Positions 37,834-50,458 of a DNA stretch of 64,000 bases are shown here, one piece after another; within the stretch, counting starts at the first letter, position 1; the number at the start of each line of letters is the position of its first letter. The stretch is from Phoronis australis. Lineage: Eukaryota; Animalia; Phoronida. The stretch covers positions 429,361-493,360 of the forward strand of contig NMRA01000262.1 in assembly GCA_002633005.1 (NCBI GenBank), read 5' to 3'. The notes under the pieces were generated by a model. It was not told the DNA's origin. It made no database searches and saw nothing but the letters and a program-made list of their open reading frames with translations. A program made the translations under genes and the position numbers.

Positions 37834-38123
37834 CCTTGTCTTTCCTTCGTGATCTCCCAGGATAAGAAGTGTTGAAATCATTACGTCGTGCACTGCCGGC
37901 GGCGGTCGGCTGTATTGACGGAGTTCTGCTATGGTTGATTTGTCCATCGTCAGCATTGCGACTCTGTAGCTTTCAAGGCGATACAATGTTGCCAGTAGCT
38001 CCCTTGCGCGCGTTATTTCGGAACTAATTTGGGTATCACTGTCAGAAAGGCAACTTTCGTCTACGTCGTCTAGAGCATTTTGCAAAGTTCCTGCGTCGTG
38101 AGTCCGCTTAGCCTCTGCTAAAG
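37834..38123 (-). CDS. Gene B exon: helical region plus first half of dynein MTBD-like domain
   Basis: TTCTTCTTATAG acceptor (phase 1) and AGG|GTAAGA donor (phase 0). MDKSTIAELRQYSRPPPAVHDVMISTLLILG resembles the dynein stalk-head LxKxDIxEIKSxxxPPxxVxxVMEAVCILLG. Confidence 0.85.
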
Positions 38124-39899
38124 CTATAAGAAGAACTGGTGAATTAACTTCGAAATATTTACCAATGTGTGATTTATTTTGACGTGCTGGGCCATCACTG
38201 ATTATGTCAGGATTTTATACAATGCAGGTACTTGAGATTTCTCTATTGCAACAATGCTAAGGTGATCTAGCAGGACATCACTTATATGTCTAAAAGTTTT
38301 AACCATTTTTGTTGCTGCCAAAGAAGAGGGGGGGTCTCTATGCAAAAGAGAAGCCAGTCGCCTTGAAGTAGTTCTAAATGTGGTCGTGCTCCCGAGTAGA
38401 CTCCCATGCCACGTTGAATGGGTCCGCCACTGCTGTTTACAAGCTATCCACTTTTGAATATCTGAAGAAAAAGTATCAGAAACTGGTCCTGGGTGATGCA
38501 GACCAACGCTAAATACCATGTCTCGATAGGCATCGATACCGTGCGCAATCGAGACGTTGATCTTATAATAATTTAATGTATTGACGATTGTGGAAACAAG
38601 ATAAGCATACAGCTCCCCGTCAGGACCTTTGTGATGGCTTTAGAAGGGTCTGTCAGGCTAGTGCTGATTGCAGTGAACCCCAAACCTTACTGTAGTCTTC
38701 GTGGGGTATTTCTTCAGGTGAAAACTAATACTCCCAAGGCATAAGCTGGAAGGGTGAGTTCGACACCAATCCATCCGAGGCAGTTGGGCCAGATTTGGAA
38801 GCTGGTGCTGATAAAGTGGAAATCACCGAGTCAACTGATGTTTAAAGTGCTGATGAGACTGTCAAGAACCGCGTGGTGCCTAGTGTGGTTGACCATGGGT
38901 ATCTATCATCCAGTGACACTGCCTCTTTTGTAGTAGATCTGAATGTCCCAGGGAGATGCAAACAAGCGACTGATCGCATACCAAGTCTACTATTTCAAAA
39001 ATGGTCCTTTCTGGTTTTCATATTAAGATGCCTAATCATGAAGTGGGGCTTGAAATGTTGGCACGTTAATCTTTATCATGGTTTTCACCTGTCCTCCTGC
39101 AACAAACTTTGCATAGAGACAAGTTTTGTCTCCGATCCAAAAGCCTTACTGTAGTGGGAGCATGGTGCATGTTCCTCTAAACATCAAATTATATACCACT
39201 AGACCCGATAGCGACTTGGGACCAAGCGCAGGTGTTTGGCACCTATAGACAATATTGTCAAGGCCACTGTCAGATTTCTATGACAGACTTTGCGACCTTA
39301 TAAACCGATATCATCAAAGTAGTTTTACAAAACCTATTTTGAGACTTAAACTTGGCTTTCCTAATTTTTTTAGTCTTAGACCTAACTTGCATTTCACGAA
39401 CTCGGTTTAAAAGTCTGAAAGCCTGGTTTTATTAGACTTTGTGAGGAGTTTTAGTAAAACTAAGTTTAAAGTATCCAAGGCACACTACTGTTTCTATTTG
39501 GACTAACTCTTCAAAGAAATTATTGAAGTTCGTCAATGAAACCATGATCCTATAGCTATGAATGAGTACTGACATTTGCAGCTGGGTCCGTTACCAATAA
39601 AAGGAGTCAGGAAAAGTGTGAAATATATATCAAGAGAAATAGGGTTTCCTCAACGAAATGATTAGAGAAAAAGCCAATGATAGAGGTAGCAAGAAAACAG
39701 GCACCAAATGAAACCAACGTTACCAGCAGACTAGGACAGACGTTAGTCCAGCGAGGCTAAAGAGTTACCGCTTTCGAAAAATGCAATGTGAAGCAGTTAA
39801 ATGACGCCCTAAAACACTCAAAACTGAAGGACTAAAATGTGCGAAGCCAAACGGTGAGGATTAACCATATCATGGGAGGGCTCAAGCTGTTAATTTGTG

Positions 39900-41215
39900 T
39901 TACCGGTGGCCAACACACCACTACATGAAAAGGTGGCACATCAAGGTGTTACTTTCCTCTATCACCTTTCGTGGAAACCTCATGTGATGAACAGAATCAC
40001 TAAACCTAAGTCAGCTTTAATGAGGTGTTCTCGTGTGGTGGGTAAAACTTGGAGATTTATCTCCCAAGATTACGTTATGGGTCTAGATTGGTCTTGTCTG
40101 GCCTATTTTAGTATATACTAATCATATCTCTTGACCAAAGCACCACCAAATAAAACCTAACACAATCACTGTAACAGTGTTTACATGTACCTTGCATGTG
40201 TGTTACTTGTGCGTTTCCAGGAACACCCGCTGCTGCAATATAAGTGGTTATTGGCTTGTAAAATTGTACCTACAGTTTACAGTATGAGGTGTAATAGATA
40301 TGCAAATTACCGTATGATATCGAATGGAATAGGGCTCAAATCAGTGATACTGTAGCACTTTTACTTTCCCGACCTCAAAGATAAAGACAAGCAGACTTAG
40401 ATATCAGTCAGTAATAATGCAACAGTTTTAGGCCATCCAATCTGGCTGTTGACTAGAGAGAATTGCGCAGTTCTTAGTAACCAGGAGGTCTGGATCTGCA
40501 TGGATACTTTTGCATGGTGAAGCAGAAATTAAGGCTCTAAACAGCCTAAATCAGCTCAAGGTGTGCTCGGACTTGCGTGGATGAGCTCAATTTAATGACA
40601 ATAAATATTACGATACATGTCAACTGGGTCAAAGGTCATGTTGGCATTGATGGTAGTGAAGCTGCTGATTACCTTGTAAAGCAAGGAGCAAGGACACCAT
40701 GTTTGCACCAGAACTCTACATACCATTCTCATACCAGTATTGCAAGGCAACGGTAAACCGTGGGTTTATAAATTGTGAGCGGTTGCATGGAGGATGTCCT
40801 CCACCTGCATGGAAATCAAACGTATAAGTACCATAGAGCCGAGAGGTTCCAAGCGATTGTTATGCTCAGATAGGCTGGCTAATCGGCAGGTGAATACTAG
40901 GCACTGCAACTTATCTCGGCGCCAAAACGCCACAGGTTGTGTGGCTTGTTCAAACTGCCCTAATTGCGGCTTGGAAGCTGAGACTCCCCAAGGTATCAAG
41001 GTATCAAGGTCTTCGCAACCATCTGCTAGATGAGCAAATAACTTGCCCGGAAGAAATCGCCAGATCGAGCATGTACAATAACTTTTATAATTTCCTGACA
41101 AAACCGAAAGATCAGAAGACTTTACTCACGAAGAGCCCCGTGCTAAGAGATCTTCTTGAGTCCTAATCAGGTGGTTAGTGCAATGGGCCAAAATGAGTGG
41201 CCTAAGAGCGCCTGG
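39900..41215 (+). mobile_element. Decayed LOA/R1-group LINE (RT end, RNase H, Zn knuckle)
   Basis: GVTFLYHLSWKPHV, then NWVKGHVGIDGSEAADYLVKQGA (about 40620-40690), then RHCNLSR...CPNCGLEAETP, with many stops. Confidence 0.75.
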
Positions 41216-44010
41216 AGTACCACAGAAGGCATCGGGTCACCTGACCACTTTTAGCAGGCGGACTGGACCCTCGTTCTAGTCGCGCTTGACAGACCAAAAA
41301 ACTTGTATGTAAAAGATTATTAACAAAACAAGTTTCAAGTGAAATTATATATAAGATACAGAAACAATATGAGTCATAGACCAAAAGACGTTCCTCGGTG
41401 GTCAGGCAGTGTCGTCTCAGGACCTTAAGCACCTACGCATCCATCACTAGTACAATATTTGTATCCTCAGACATTCTGGGGAAATTCATTAACGTGCCAC
41501 AAATAACATGCATTAGAAACCTTTGAAGGTGAGCCCCTTTTGCTGTGATGGGTAGACGAAAAAACATTACGTTCGAGTTTATTCTTCATAGGTGCAATCA
41601 TCTCATGATGAACACGAAAGGTCACGAGATTGAATGTCGAATGATTCTCAAAAATCTTCACTACATTTACCTTGTCATCGTATCCTAGCAACATTACAAC
41701 CGTTGAACTGGTTGGTCAATGAGGCTTACATGTGCAATGGTTGGATAGAATTCAATATTTCCGTTACACAAACGGACAGATACATCAACATAAATCGAAT
41801 TGCTAGGTACACGTGAGTGGAAGTCAGTTAACGGACGTGGTTTGCTTGCAAAGATCGATATCTCATGCGAAGGCAAACTTAAGAGGCATCTATATAAAAA
41901 CAGTAGATTTTCAAAAATCAGTCTATACGGCAAAATTCAAAACAACTTCATTTTTTGTATAGGGATAGGTATCCTAACAAAAATCTAAATGCCACATTTT
42001 GTGCACTTAACGACCCCTAATTTTGTCTCTGAAGCACTAGACCACAATTGGTCATATTAGTTGTCTCAGAATTGGTTTTTTAGCAATGAGTAACTTACAA
42101 AGTAGATTGAATGTTGTACTTTAGTGGCTGGAATAACCAATGTATACTGTAAATATTTATTTGGCATTTACTCAGATTTGACGGCTTTGAGCTAGACAGG
42201 GGAGATAATTCACATACCACTTTCCTAGCTAAATTTAGTGGCCGTTTTTGTGAGATTTAATGAAAATTGTCTTGCAAAACTGTCGATTTTGGAAATGAGG
42301 AGCACAGACAAATTGAACGAAACTTTGAACAATAAATCTGCTTTAAATTATTATTTCATGATTTGACAACTGCAGGTCAATTAAATGGAAATCAATCCTT
42401 TTAAAGTTCGAAATTGAAAGAACTGTTATTTGTAAAGACTGGTTTTGAGGCTATTATTTTGTTAAGAAAAAATGAAGAACGAAGGCCATTTCTATTCATT
42501 TAGGAGTTTTTATCGAATAAGTGCCATCACAAAGTCTTTGATAAAGACACAGAATGCAGAATTTTAGGGGGGCATGGCTCCCTTGGCCCCTCTGAATCCG
42601 CCACTGGATCCGTTCAGTGGCGTAACGAGCACCTCTTTCCCCCCGTCGACATCTCACTAAAGTGGCCCCCCACCCCCGGTAATTGGTAGCTGTGTAAACC
42701 CCCAGTGAACAGGTGCCTCCCTTTGACGACACATGTTTAGCACCCCCCGCCCCCTTCCCCTTCGGCATCTAACCCCACTTGCTTCGGCACAGAGTCAGTC
42801 GCTCGGTGTGTTATGAAGTCCAGACCGTTGTGTTGAAGTGTGTTCACGTAACGTCAGTCATGAACTGAGTCATTAATTAAAATTGTCTAGCACGAATTTT
42901 CTCTTGATCTCGAATGTATGTCGTTTCATGTCGTTAATGATCGCACTGTCAGAATTATTCAACGTTGGGGTGGTCGGCGACCGGTGTGGAGATTAAAATT
43001 CGAAGCAACCTGCAGGGACATTACATTATGAATTTTTTCGAAGATGAAGAAATTTTTGCCACAACTCCCTACCTGCCTATGCCAGTGGCTCTCACATCAA
43101 AGATACAAACACGAGTAAGGCAAATGTGACTGGTAGTTGCGTCCACAGTGTCCAGGTAAATGGACAGCGGCGCCATCTATTATTTAGACAAAGCACTCAT
43201 GCCTATCACAATTTATGTACATAATTTTTTGTAATAAGCAATAATCATCAGTGTGGTTTTCAGGGAATGGTAATTAGTAATACTGTCTGCTTTTTCTCTA
43301 AAGTACATGCTTTTTACGTCGTTTTTTGCAAGCTAATTACACGTTTCGAGAGGCCCCCTATTGATGGTTGAGGTAACCGAGAACAGGCAAATAGGACGAA
43401 GTGCTGTGCGTGTAATGCTTCGTAAGCAAACACTACGAAGAGGCAAGATTTCTTATTTTAGATTATGACGAGGTTAGGATTGGCCAAACAATTTAGTATA
43501 AGCTCAGGTTTTGAAAAGATGCAATATGGCTGCTACAGAGTGCCAAATTTGGCCGAAAATAGCTTCAATAAAAACCTCCAAAACAGACATTTTTGCCACA
43601 CAAAATCAAAGTATACAAATTTGAAAATAAATTGCGCCATTATATTATAGTCTTTTGAAACCGTATCACTCATTTGTTATCAGCTAGCTATACATGCTAG
43701 CAAAATGCATTCAAACACGTCTACTTCGGCGCCCAATTTTGTCGCAAAACAGAAGTGCATGCCACAAAAAGAGAAATAATGGATGGAAATTCTTAAAAAA
43801 GAGATTTTTTTACATCTCACCAAACGAAACTCATGTGCTAAGTCTCAAAAATCTGTGATTATGTGTATAGACTCCACCTGTTGGGTTTTATATGGAGTCA
43901 CTCTTAATTTCTCCAGAATTGTAAGAAACTACATGTAACAGTTTACGGAACACAGTCCAGCTTTCTTTAATTGCCGGAGGTTGCACTAGGGTGTCTTGTA
44001 ACAAACACTG

Positions 44011-44293
44011 CAGTGGCGGATCTTGAATACCATAAGAAGAGCCCAACATGTTGACTCGGGCAATTGGGCAAAGCGCCACTGCATGCGCACAGCCGGCCTG
44101 AAAGTTGCGGAACATGAATCGAAGGACTAAAAAAAACGGGGACACGATTCCAGTCTGCGCTCAGATCCCCTCCTCATCCGCTACCGTATCTAGTTACTGA
44201 ACTCAATGATTCCTCACCCTTCACGTTGTTGCTGTTTCACTTTGCTTGCGGCAGCCAAGGGGGGGGGGGCTGACCCCCCTAAATCCGCCTGTG
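44011..44293 (+). mobile_element. MITE of the CAGTGGCGGATCT family
   Basis: CAGTGGCGGAT...ATCCGCCTGTG termini; related to 16770-17074 and 42560-42610. Confidence 0.7.
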
Positions 44294-44697
44294 CACTGTA
44301 GCACGGACGTCCTATATATGACGAGTGCGATGACATATGCCGTCAACATGAACATACGTCGCCGCTCGAGCGACAACGCATGTCACAAAAGTATGCCAAA
44401 GTATTGTGTATGGAGGATTATTAACCGCAGGTTACTCAGGGGAATGCTACCTTGGACTCACTTCGTATCCCAGAAGATTATTCTAGTTTCGTAAGTAAGC
44501 ATCGCTACCAATCAAAACAAGAGTCCTCCACATTTTCTTGTTTACACTGAGTTAGTCAGTGTTACTCTATATTCCTTGTTTACAGTGACACAGTCAGTGT
44601 AACTGCTCATCTAGTTACTGCACTTTTCACCAATATTTGTACATCTTCCTATACTATGCGTTCGCTTATACTGCTCTACGGAACTGTTTGACATTAC

Positions 44698-44880
44698 CAT
44701 CTCTTATTGTGAGATATTTCAACATCTTCGTGGCTTCCTGGACATCGACCAGACCGATGTCCTTGTCGGGATGCTCCTGTAAATACTTATTACAGAGGGG
44801 GAGCAGCTCTTTTATGTCGTCCCGTTTCGACAACTGAATAGCCATACCCAGGTTCTTCTTCAACACACTTCCGTAGTAGT
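44698..44880 (-). CDS. Gene B exon: helical region (DYYGSVLKKNLGMAIQLSKRDDIKELL...EATKMLKYLTIRD)
   Basis: GTTGTTGCAG acceptor and G|GTAATG donor, 183 nt, phase 1-1, in frame with both neighbours. Confidence 0.8.
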
Positions 44881-44957
44881 CTGCAACAACAATTTCCAAG
44901 TTAAGTATTTTGGTAAATGAGGGCACCTTAATGTTCTAAGAGGAGTTACGTTGTTAG

Positions 44958-45245
44958 TGAGTTGCATAAAACTTCAAACTTATCCGTTGGATAAGTTGGA
45001 TTGTGCATGTCGTCAGGTGCATTGTTCAACAAAAACAACGTGACGTGTGATAATGTGACGCCATTGTTGCTATACGGCGTATAACTTGTATGCAACTGGG
45101 CCCAGTTGCATAAACGTTATACGCCGTATAGCAACAATGACGTCGCATTATCACGCGTCACGTTATTTTTGTTGAACAATGCACCTGACGTCATGCAACA
45201 ATCTAACTTATCCAGCGGATAACTTTTGAAGCTTTATGCAACTCA
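44958..45245. repeat. Spacer-less palindrome of about 288 bp made of two head-to-head MITE copies
   Basis: Centre ...TGCAACTGGG|CCCAGTTGCA.... The right unit GGCCCAGTTGCATAAA...TTTATGCAACTCAGCC is flanked by CTG. Confidence 0.9.
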
Positions 45246-45715
45246 GCCCTGGAGTTTAAATTGTCTAAGGACAACAGCATAGACACGAGCATGGGACCAT
45301 ATTCAAATTGGAGGTACAATTCAATGACCCGACTTAGAAATGGATTGGTCTGATCACAACACTGGAGTGGCAGAATCCTTTGTAAAATATAGCAACAGCA
45401 GATCAATACTTTGTCCGGGCTCGGTGTCTGTTACACGTACTTGCATTCAACAAATGCGTGAACACTATATATTAAGTACGTTGGGTGCCCGCACACGAAA
45501 CAAATACAATGCAAAGTCGCTTTCAATTAGACTAGCTCTTCCAAGCGTGTTTGCTTAAATGTCGAACCACGGGTTGAAAGGTTGGTTAATAAACCGAAAA
45601 TATTTTTCTGTGGGTTTCATATTCCATTGTGAATGAAAATTTTCACCAAGCACTGCACGGCCTTCAACAACAGCAACTGTGAAAGCCGTCTTGTATTCAA
45701 CCTAAGACAACTTAC

Positions 45716-45767
45716 CAAGACTTGGAATCATTGCTCCTACACTAGCTTCATGTGAATCACGACGATC
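45716..45767 (-). CDS. Gene B small exon (DRRDSHEASVGAMIPSL+g), phase 0 to 1
   Basis: ATTACTATAG acceptor and G|GTAAGT donor. It supplies exactly the phase change needed between 45904 and 44880. Confidence 0.75.
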
Positions 45768-45903
45768 CTATAGTAATGATGGAATAAGTAGAAGTTGTCA
45801 AGAAATTTTGGTTATCAAGTCGTATGCAGTGAAACAGAATTCATGCCGAAAACGAAAGCCCATTATTAAAACATGTGTGTAATAGGGAAAATATGACACC
45901 AAC

Positions 45904-46875
45904 CTGCGAAAGATGAGATTTTAGATCTTGAAAGAACTCAACGGGTAAAATGGCACGTTTCGGATTAGAAGTGGAGACGTTGGCACTCAGCGTGTCACTG
46001 GATTCGTTTTCTTCGCAGAGAGCTTCTAATTCTTTATCCCAGCTATCTGAGAAATCTTCTACTTCGTCATCACATTCATCTTGTGATTGCTCCATCAAGG
46101 GATATGTTTTTTCGCCATAACAGCCGCACAGGTATGCTTTACTCTCATCTTTATCCGTATCGACACTCTGTTGAAAGTATGACATGTCCAAATTCCCTGA
46201 ACATTCCGTCGTACTTGGTAACTTTTCTTGACGCCGGAGTGAGTGCGAAGTCTCTGGCCAAATTTCGTCAGACATTTTTTCCGGGTGACTCTCTTTATGA
46301 GTGGACACCAGACTATGTGACAATGTTCTTTGCGAGCTGAGATCGCGTGATGTCCAACACGATTCGATGTCATTAGCATAATCCTGTGATAAACTTTCAC
46401 ATGCTTCCCCCCTATTACTAACACGCATTTGTTCCATACCATCCCTCTTTCCACGAGCTTCTCCACCGTCAGAGCTCTTCTCGTATTTGCTAACTGAATT
46501 AAACATTACAGGTTCAACGATCGCATGATGCCCATCCTGTGCCTCGTTACACTGAGATCTTCGCTGTTCCAGAACATCAATTCCACTGTCGTCTCTCATG
46601 CACTCTTCAGAACATCGTAAGTTTCCATCATCAAGTGCAAGTCTTACGTGTGAATTCGTGTTGATTCCATTTGCACTCATCACACCTCGACTCAGTTGTG
46701 GAACCTCATGCTCATCGTTAGATATCTGGTTCACGTGAACCTTTTTCTTAACGAAGAGTTTGAAAGCAAATGCCCCCACCAACGCTGCCACTATAGCCAG
46801 GCCGATGACCGTGAGCGCAATCGCGGTGTTTGAAGAATCATCACGGCCCGGCGTGTTCTGTAACCCGTAGGACCT
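45904..46875 (-). CDS. Gene B large exon: single TM helix plus long disordered linker
   Basis: ACTTTTCAG acceptor opens RSYGLQNTPGRDDSSNT-AIALTVIGLAIVAALVGAFAF-KLFVKKK, 324 codons to CAG|GTTGGT. There is no ATG before the TM, so upstream exons are expected. Confidence 0.8.
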
Positions 46876-47878
46876 CTGAAAAGTTATGGTATTATTGATT
46901 GCGGACGCTAAACGGATTGGAAATGTATTTCTGCGTTAATTTTTTGTTCCCCAATCTTATTTTTTGGATTTTGACGGTAATTGTTATAATCAAAAAGCAT
47001 TGGTTTAATATGGCGGCTGATGGATAATATTGATGCACAACACATTTGCACATGCCGTCGAAATAGAAGACAAATTGAACATCTGAGCATAGATTATAGT
47101 CGGCCACCAACTCAGCATATTTTCATTGAACAAAATCTCACGCACAAGCCGTGACGTCACTATTTCCTAGAGATACTTTCAAAACCAGGCAGTTTTACTT
47201 CCGTCGTTTGCTAATTATGTTTTTCCGTCGGTATTCGGATCGGCGGTTTTGCCAAACTCACACCAGTGCTTAAATTAATTGAACGCTCTTAAATAAAATT
47301 CATATTAGAACTCTAGAAATAACCACCTGGACCTGGTTGCATAAAAGTCTGTATAACTATTCAGCTGATAAGACATTATACGGCGAATAAGATTTATACA
47401 GCGGATACTTATCTGGGTTATAAATTTGGGTTGCACAAATCTTGCATAAAGTTCGGATACCTATCTGGCGGATATCTATGTTATCCGTCGGATAGCAAAA
47501 AGGATACCATATGAGGCAATACCCATAATTTTTGTAACCATTGTAAAGACAACATGACTGACGCACGAAGAAGGTCAACTAATTGGACAAAAAATGAGAA
47601 CAACCTTGTTACTGAACTTGCTACGTCATATGTACAAGTAATTTTAATTACAATTAAAATTGCAAGTTCAATCAGAAGATGACAAAGCTGGAGAAGAACT
47701 CTGTTTGGGAGGGAACTGCGCAAAAATACAAACCTCGGGTCTGAAAAGGTCTTCCTATGATGCCAAATAGAAGTGCAGACACATGGTGTTTGGGGCGAGA
47801 GCTTCGCAGAATCATCTACATGTATGTAAAGAACTGAGAAGAACGGGAGGAGTCTTTGATACCTTATCAACAAGTCAT

Positions 47879-47925
47879 GTGAAAAGTAGAGAACTTTCTG
47901 ATGTAGAAAGTTCTCTACTTTTCAC
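47879..47925. other. Perfect hairpin, 21-bp stem and 5-nt loop
   Basis: GTGAAAAGTAGAGAACTTTCT-GATGT-AGAAAGTTCTCTACTTTTCAC. Confidence 0.9.
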
Positions 47926-48517
47926 TTTTCTTAAAAAATGAAACACACAACTCTTTTAAGTATTCAAGAGTTATTTGCTACGTGGCATTCATTGTTTTGA
48001 AAAAATAGGTCAATCAACAATGGAATTTTGTCAAGGGCCACAGTTGTCGAAATAGCCACATATCAAAAACGTAGATCAGTTAGGGTATTGATTAGGATAA
48101 TTTCCTGCTTGTGATCTATACGGTTCATCATTGTGGATTTGAAACTTCACATGATACAACAGCACAAATGTTTAAAACTTGAAAAAGTTTATTTTTTTTA
48201 ATGAAGTGTCAAGCGAAAAGAGCATATTTAGTATAGGGAGCCTCTGTTTGAGATATCCTCTTGTTTGAAGCTAAGACATCTGGTTCAATATTGATTACCA
48301 AGTTATTTACATCACCTCCATTTGGCGAAGTGGGCAAAAAGGTCCGCCCCAGAGAAACAGAAAGTCCGAGAAAACGAGACAAAAGTCCACAGGAATTCGC
48401 CACAAATGCACAATTCATAGGTCTGAACGAAGTTACCCGTTTTTTTTATTTTAGCCTCCGTTTTTATTCTTTTCACTATAAGGTTCACATACTGAAAAAT
48501 TCGAAACCCCCGCCTAT

Positions 48518-49694
48518 TCACCTATTTCACGAAAGCGCCATCTTCCCGCGCCATCTTTAAATACTGATCGAAAACGAGGCACACTGATAAAACCTCGTGA
48601 GCGGTCATCAGCTGGCCTTGATGGTGTACTGTGCAGTGCCTGAACGTACCAATTCCAACTCGTCGGTATCCTTCCCAGGGATATACTTAGCCACTCGCCC
48701 AGTCGCCAATGCGAGTAAAAATGGTGCTGGGCGAGTAGAAGTTGACTTGCCGGTCGCCCTGGTGGCGAGCGAATTTCAAAGCNACTGATGACACGCACGC
48801 GCTCGCTCACTCGGTGCACACCTGTTGACTCAAGTTCAATACAAACGTCACGTGACAACAACATATGTGTTCGTCCAGATTTTTCTCGTTGCCGGGTGCG
48901 ATCTAGCGCAGATTTTAACTTAATCTGCGGTTAATACCGACTCCGAGTCCACAGGAACTTAAGAATCTTAGGACAGGATATTTGGAAAACTTAAGCAGGA
49001 TTTGAGGCAATTTGAGTCGAAACTATTTTTACTCAATTCAAGTTGTCCTATCGACGATCGCGAAGCAGCGACGCATCAGTCGGCAAGTTTTCGCCCTGGG
49101 ATTTCAGCACATTTTTTTTAAAGATTAACAACAGAGTTTGATAGCAATGCACCACAGTTTTGTAGAAAGTCTGTCATAGGTTACACATACGTCACAGCGG
49201 AGACCGGGTTTTAACCGCCGTGGGCTACAAAAAGCGTCCCCCTGGGCGCTAATTATTAGGGCAAGAATACGGTAGCCCTAATAGATGGTGACGTCAGTGC
49301 ACGAAACGATCATTTTTATTTAAACTATTAGCAAGTTTGTGGTGACTGGCGCCAACGGCCGGGTGACTGAACTTCGGGCGAGTAGATTTTCTGGCTCCGG
49401 CACTCGCCCAGCTGGCGAGCAGGATTTTTCAAGACTAAAAGCCTGGGTAAATCCCTGACTTCCACACTTTTCCAAAAAGGGAAAACTATGGAGGAATGGC
49501 TGAGGAGGGTAAAAGTCTAGTTTCCGTGCGTATTGGAATGTTTTCGGAGATAGATTCAACATCAGAAAACTTGATTTTTGGTAACGTTGATAAGGATTTT
49601 GACCACACCACCTTGCAGGACGATGCCATGTTTGTCAAGGCGCCTCGTTTTCGATCAACACGACAGCAGCGCCCCGCGTTCGTGAAATAGGTGA
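48518..49694 (-). mobile_element. Inverted copy of the ISL2EU-like element 30697-32799, lacking 31617-32534
   Basis: Near-identical reverse complement with the same TIRs and AT flanks. The junction falls at a single N (48783). Confidence 0.9.
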
Positions 49695-49709
49695 ATTGAC
49701 TATCGCTGT

Positions 49710-50355
49710 AACTGCTGATTATCTTCACTGCAACTCAACTGTAATCTCCCGATTAACTTTCCTGAACTCACCGATTAACTGACTTGATCTCCCGACTTGA
49801 TCTTATCTTGAACTCAACTGTAGTTCTCTTGATTAACTTGCTTGAACTTACTTGATCTCTCGACTTGATCTTCTTGGACTCAACTGACTTAATGTTCTTG
49901 GACTCAAGTGACTTAATCTTCTTGGACTCAACTGACTTAATGTTCTTGGACTCAAGTGACTTAATCTTCTTGGACTCAAGTGACTTAATCTGCCTAACAC
50001 AAACCCGTGCTTGTGTATTTATAGCCTAATGCATTATTCTAGAATTTTTCATCAATTCAAGCACATACCAGGAATTTCTGGAACCTACCCAATCATTCTA
50101 CAAACATGTACTAGTCTCTAGAATATTCCAAACTGCATTAATCACTGTCATGCTAGAGTCTTCTAGAAAGTTCCGCACTATACTGCAGTAAACAAATTAC
50201 ATCATCACTATTCTGACCTCAGTCTTCTAGAAAGTTCCACACTATTTTGTAGTAAACAAATTACGTCATCACTGTACTTAACTCAGGGGTCATGCCAATC
50301 AAACAGAACAACAAAACAAAACAAACTAAAAATACTGTCAGACTATATTCTGACA
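49710..50355 (-). repeat. LTR-like fragment with 24-bp minisatellite
   Basis: CTTGGACTCAA(C/G)TGACTTAAT repeats at 49870-49990. The minus-strand start TGTCAGAATA resembles the solo LTR at 57655. No TSD found. Confidence 0.45.
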
Positions 50356-50458
50356 CTGTGGTATTGGTCTCTTTCAGTTACAGTAGCTGGTTTACTCCAG
50401 TTGTTAGATGTTGTCGTAGATCGATGTCAAAAACAACTTGTCACGATCATAGGTGACC

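Noticed and set aside
33648-38123. Fragment of a true dynein heavy chain gene
   Set aside because: The upstream in-phase exons encode a TM helix and disordered linker, not AAA4 or the stalk coiled coil, and no Walker motifs were seen in the window.
47734-47815. Upstream coding exon of gene B
   Set aside because: AG/GT boundaries are plausible, but the frame needed to join 46875 contains stops. It would work only with an AG shifted by 2 nt, so it is left unresolved.
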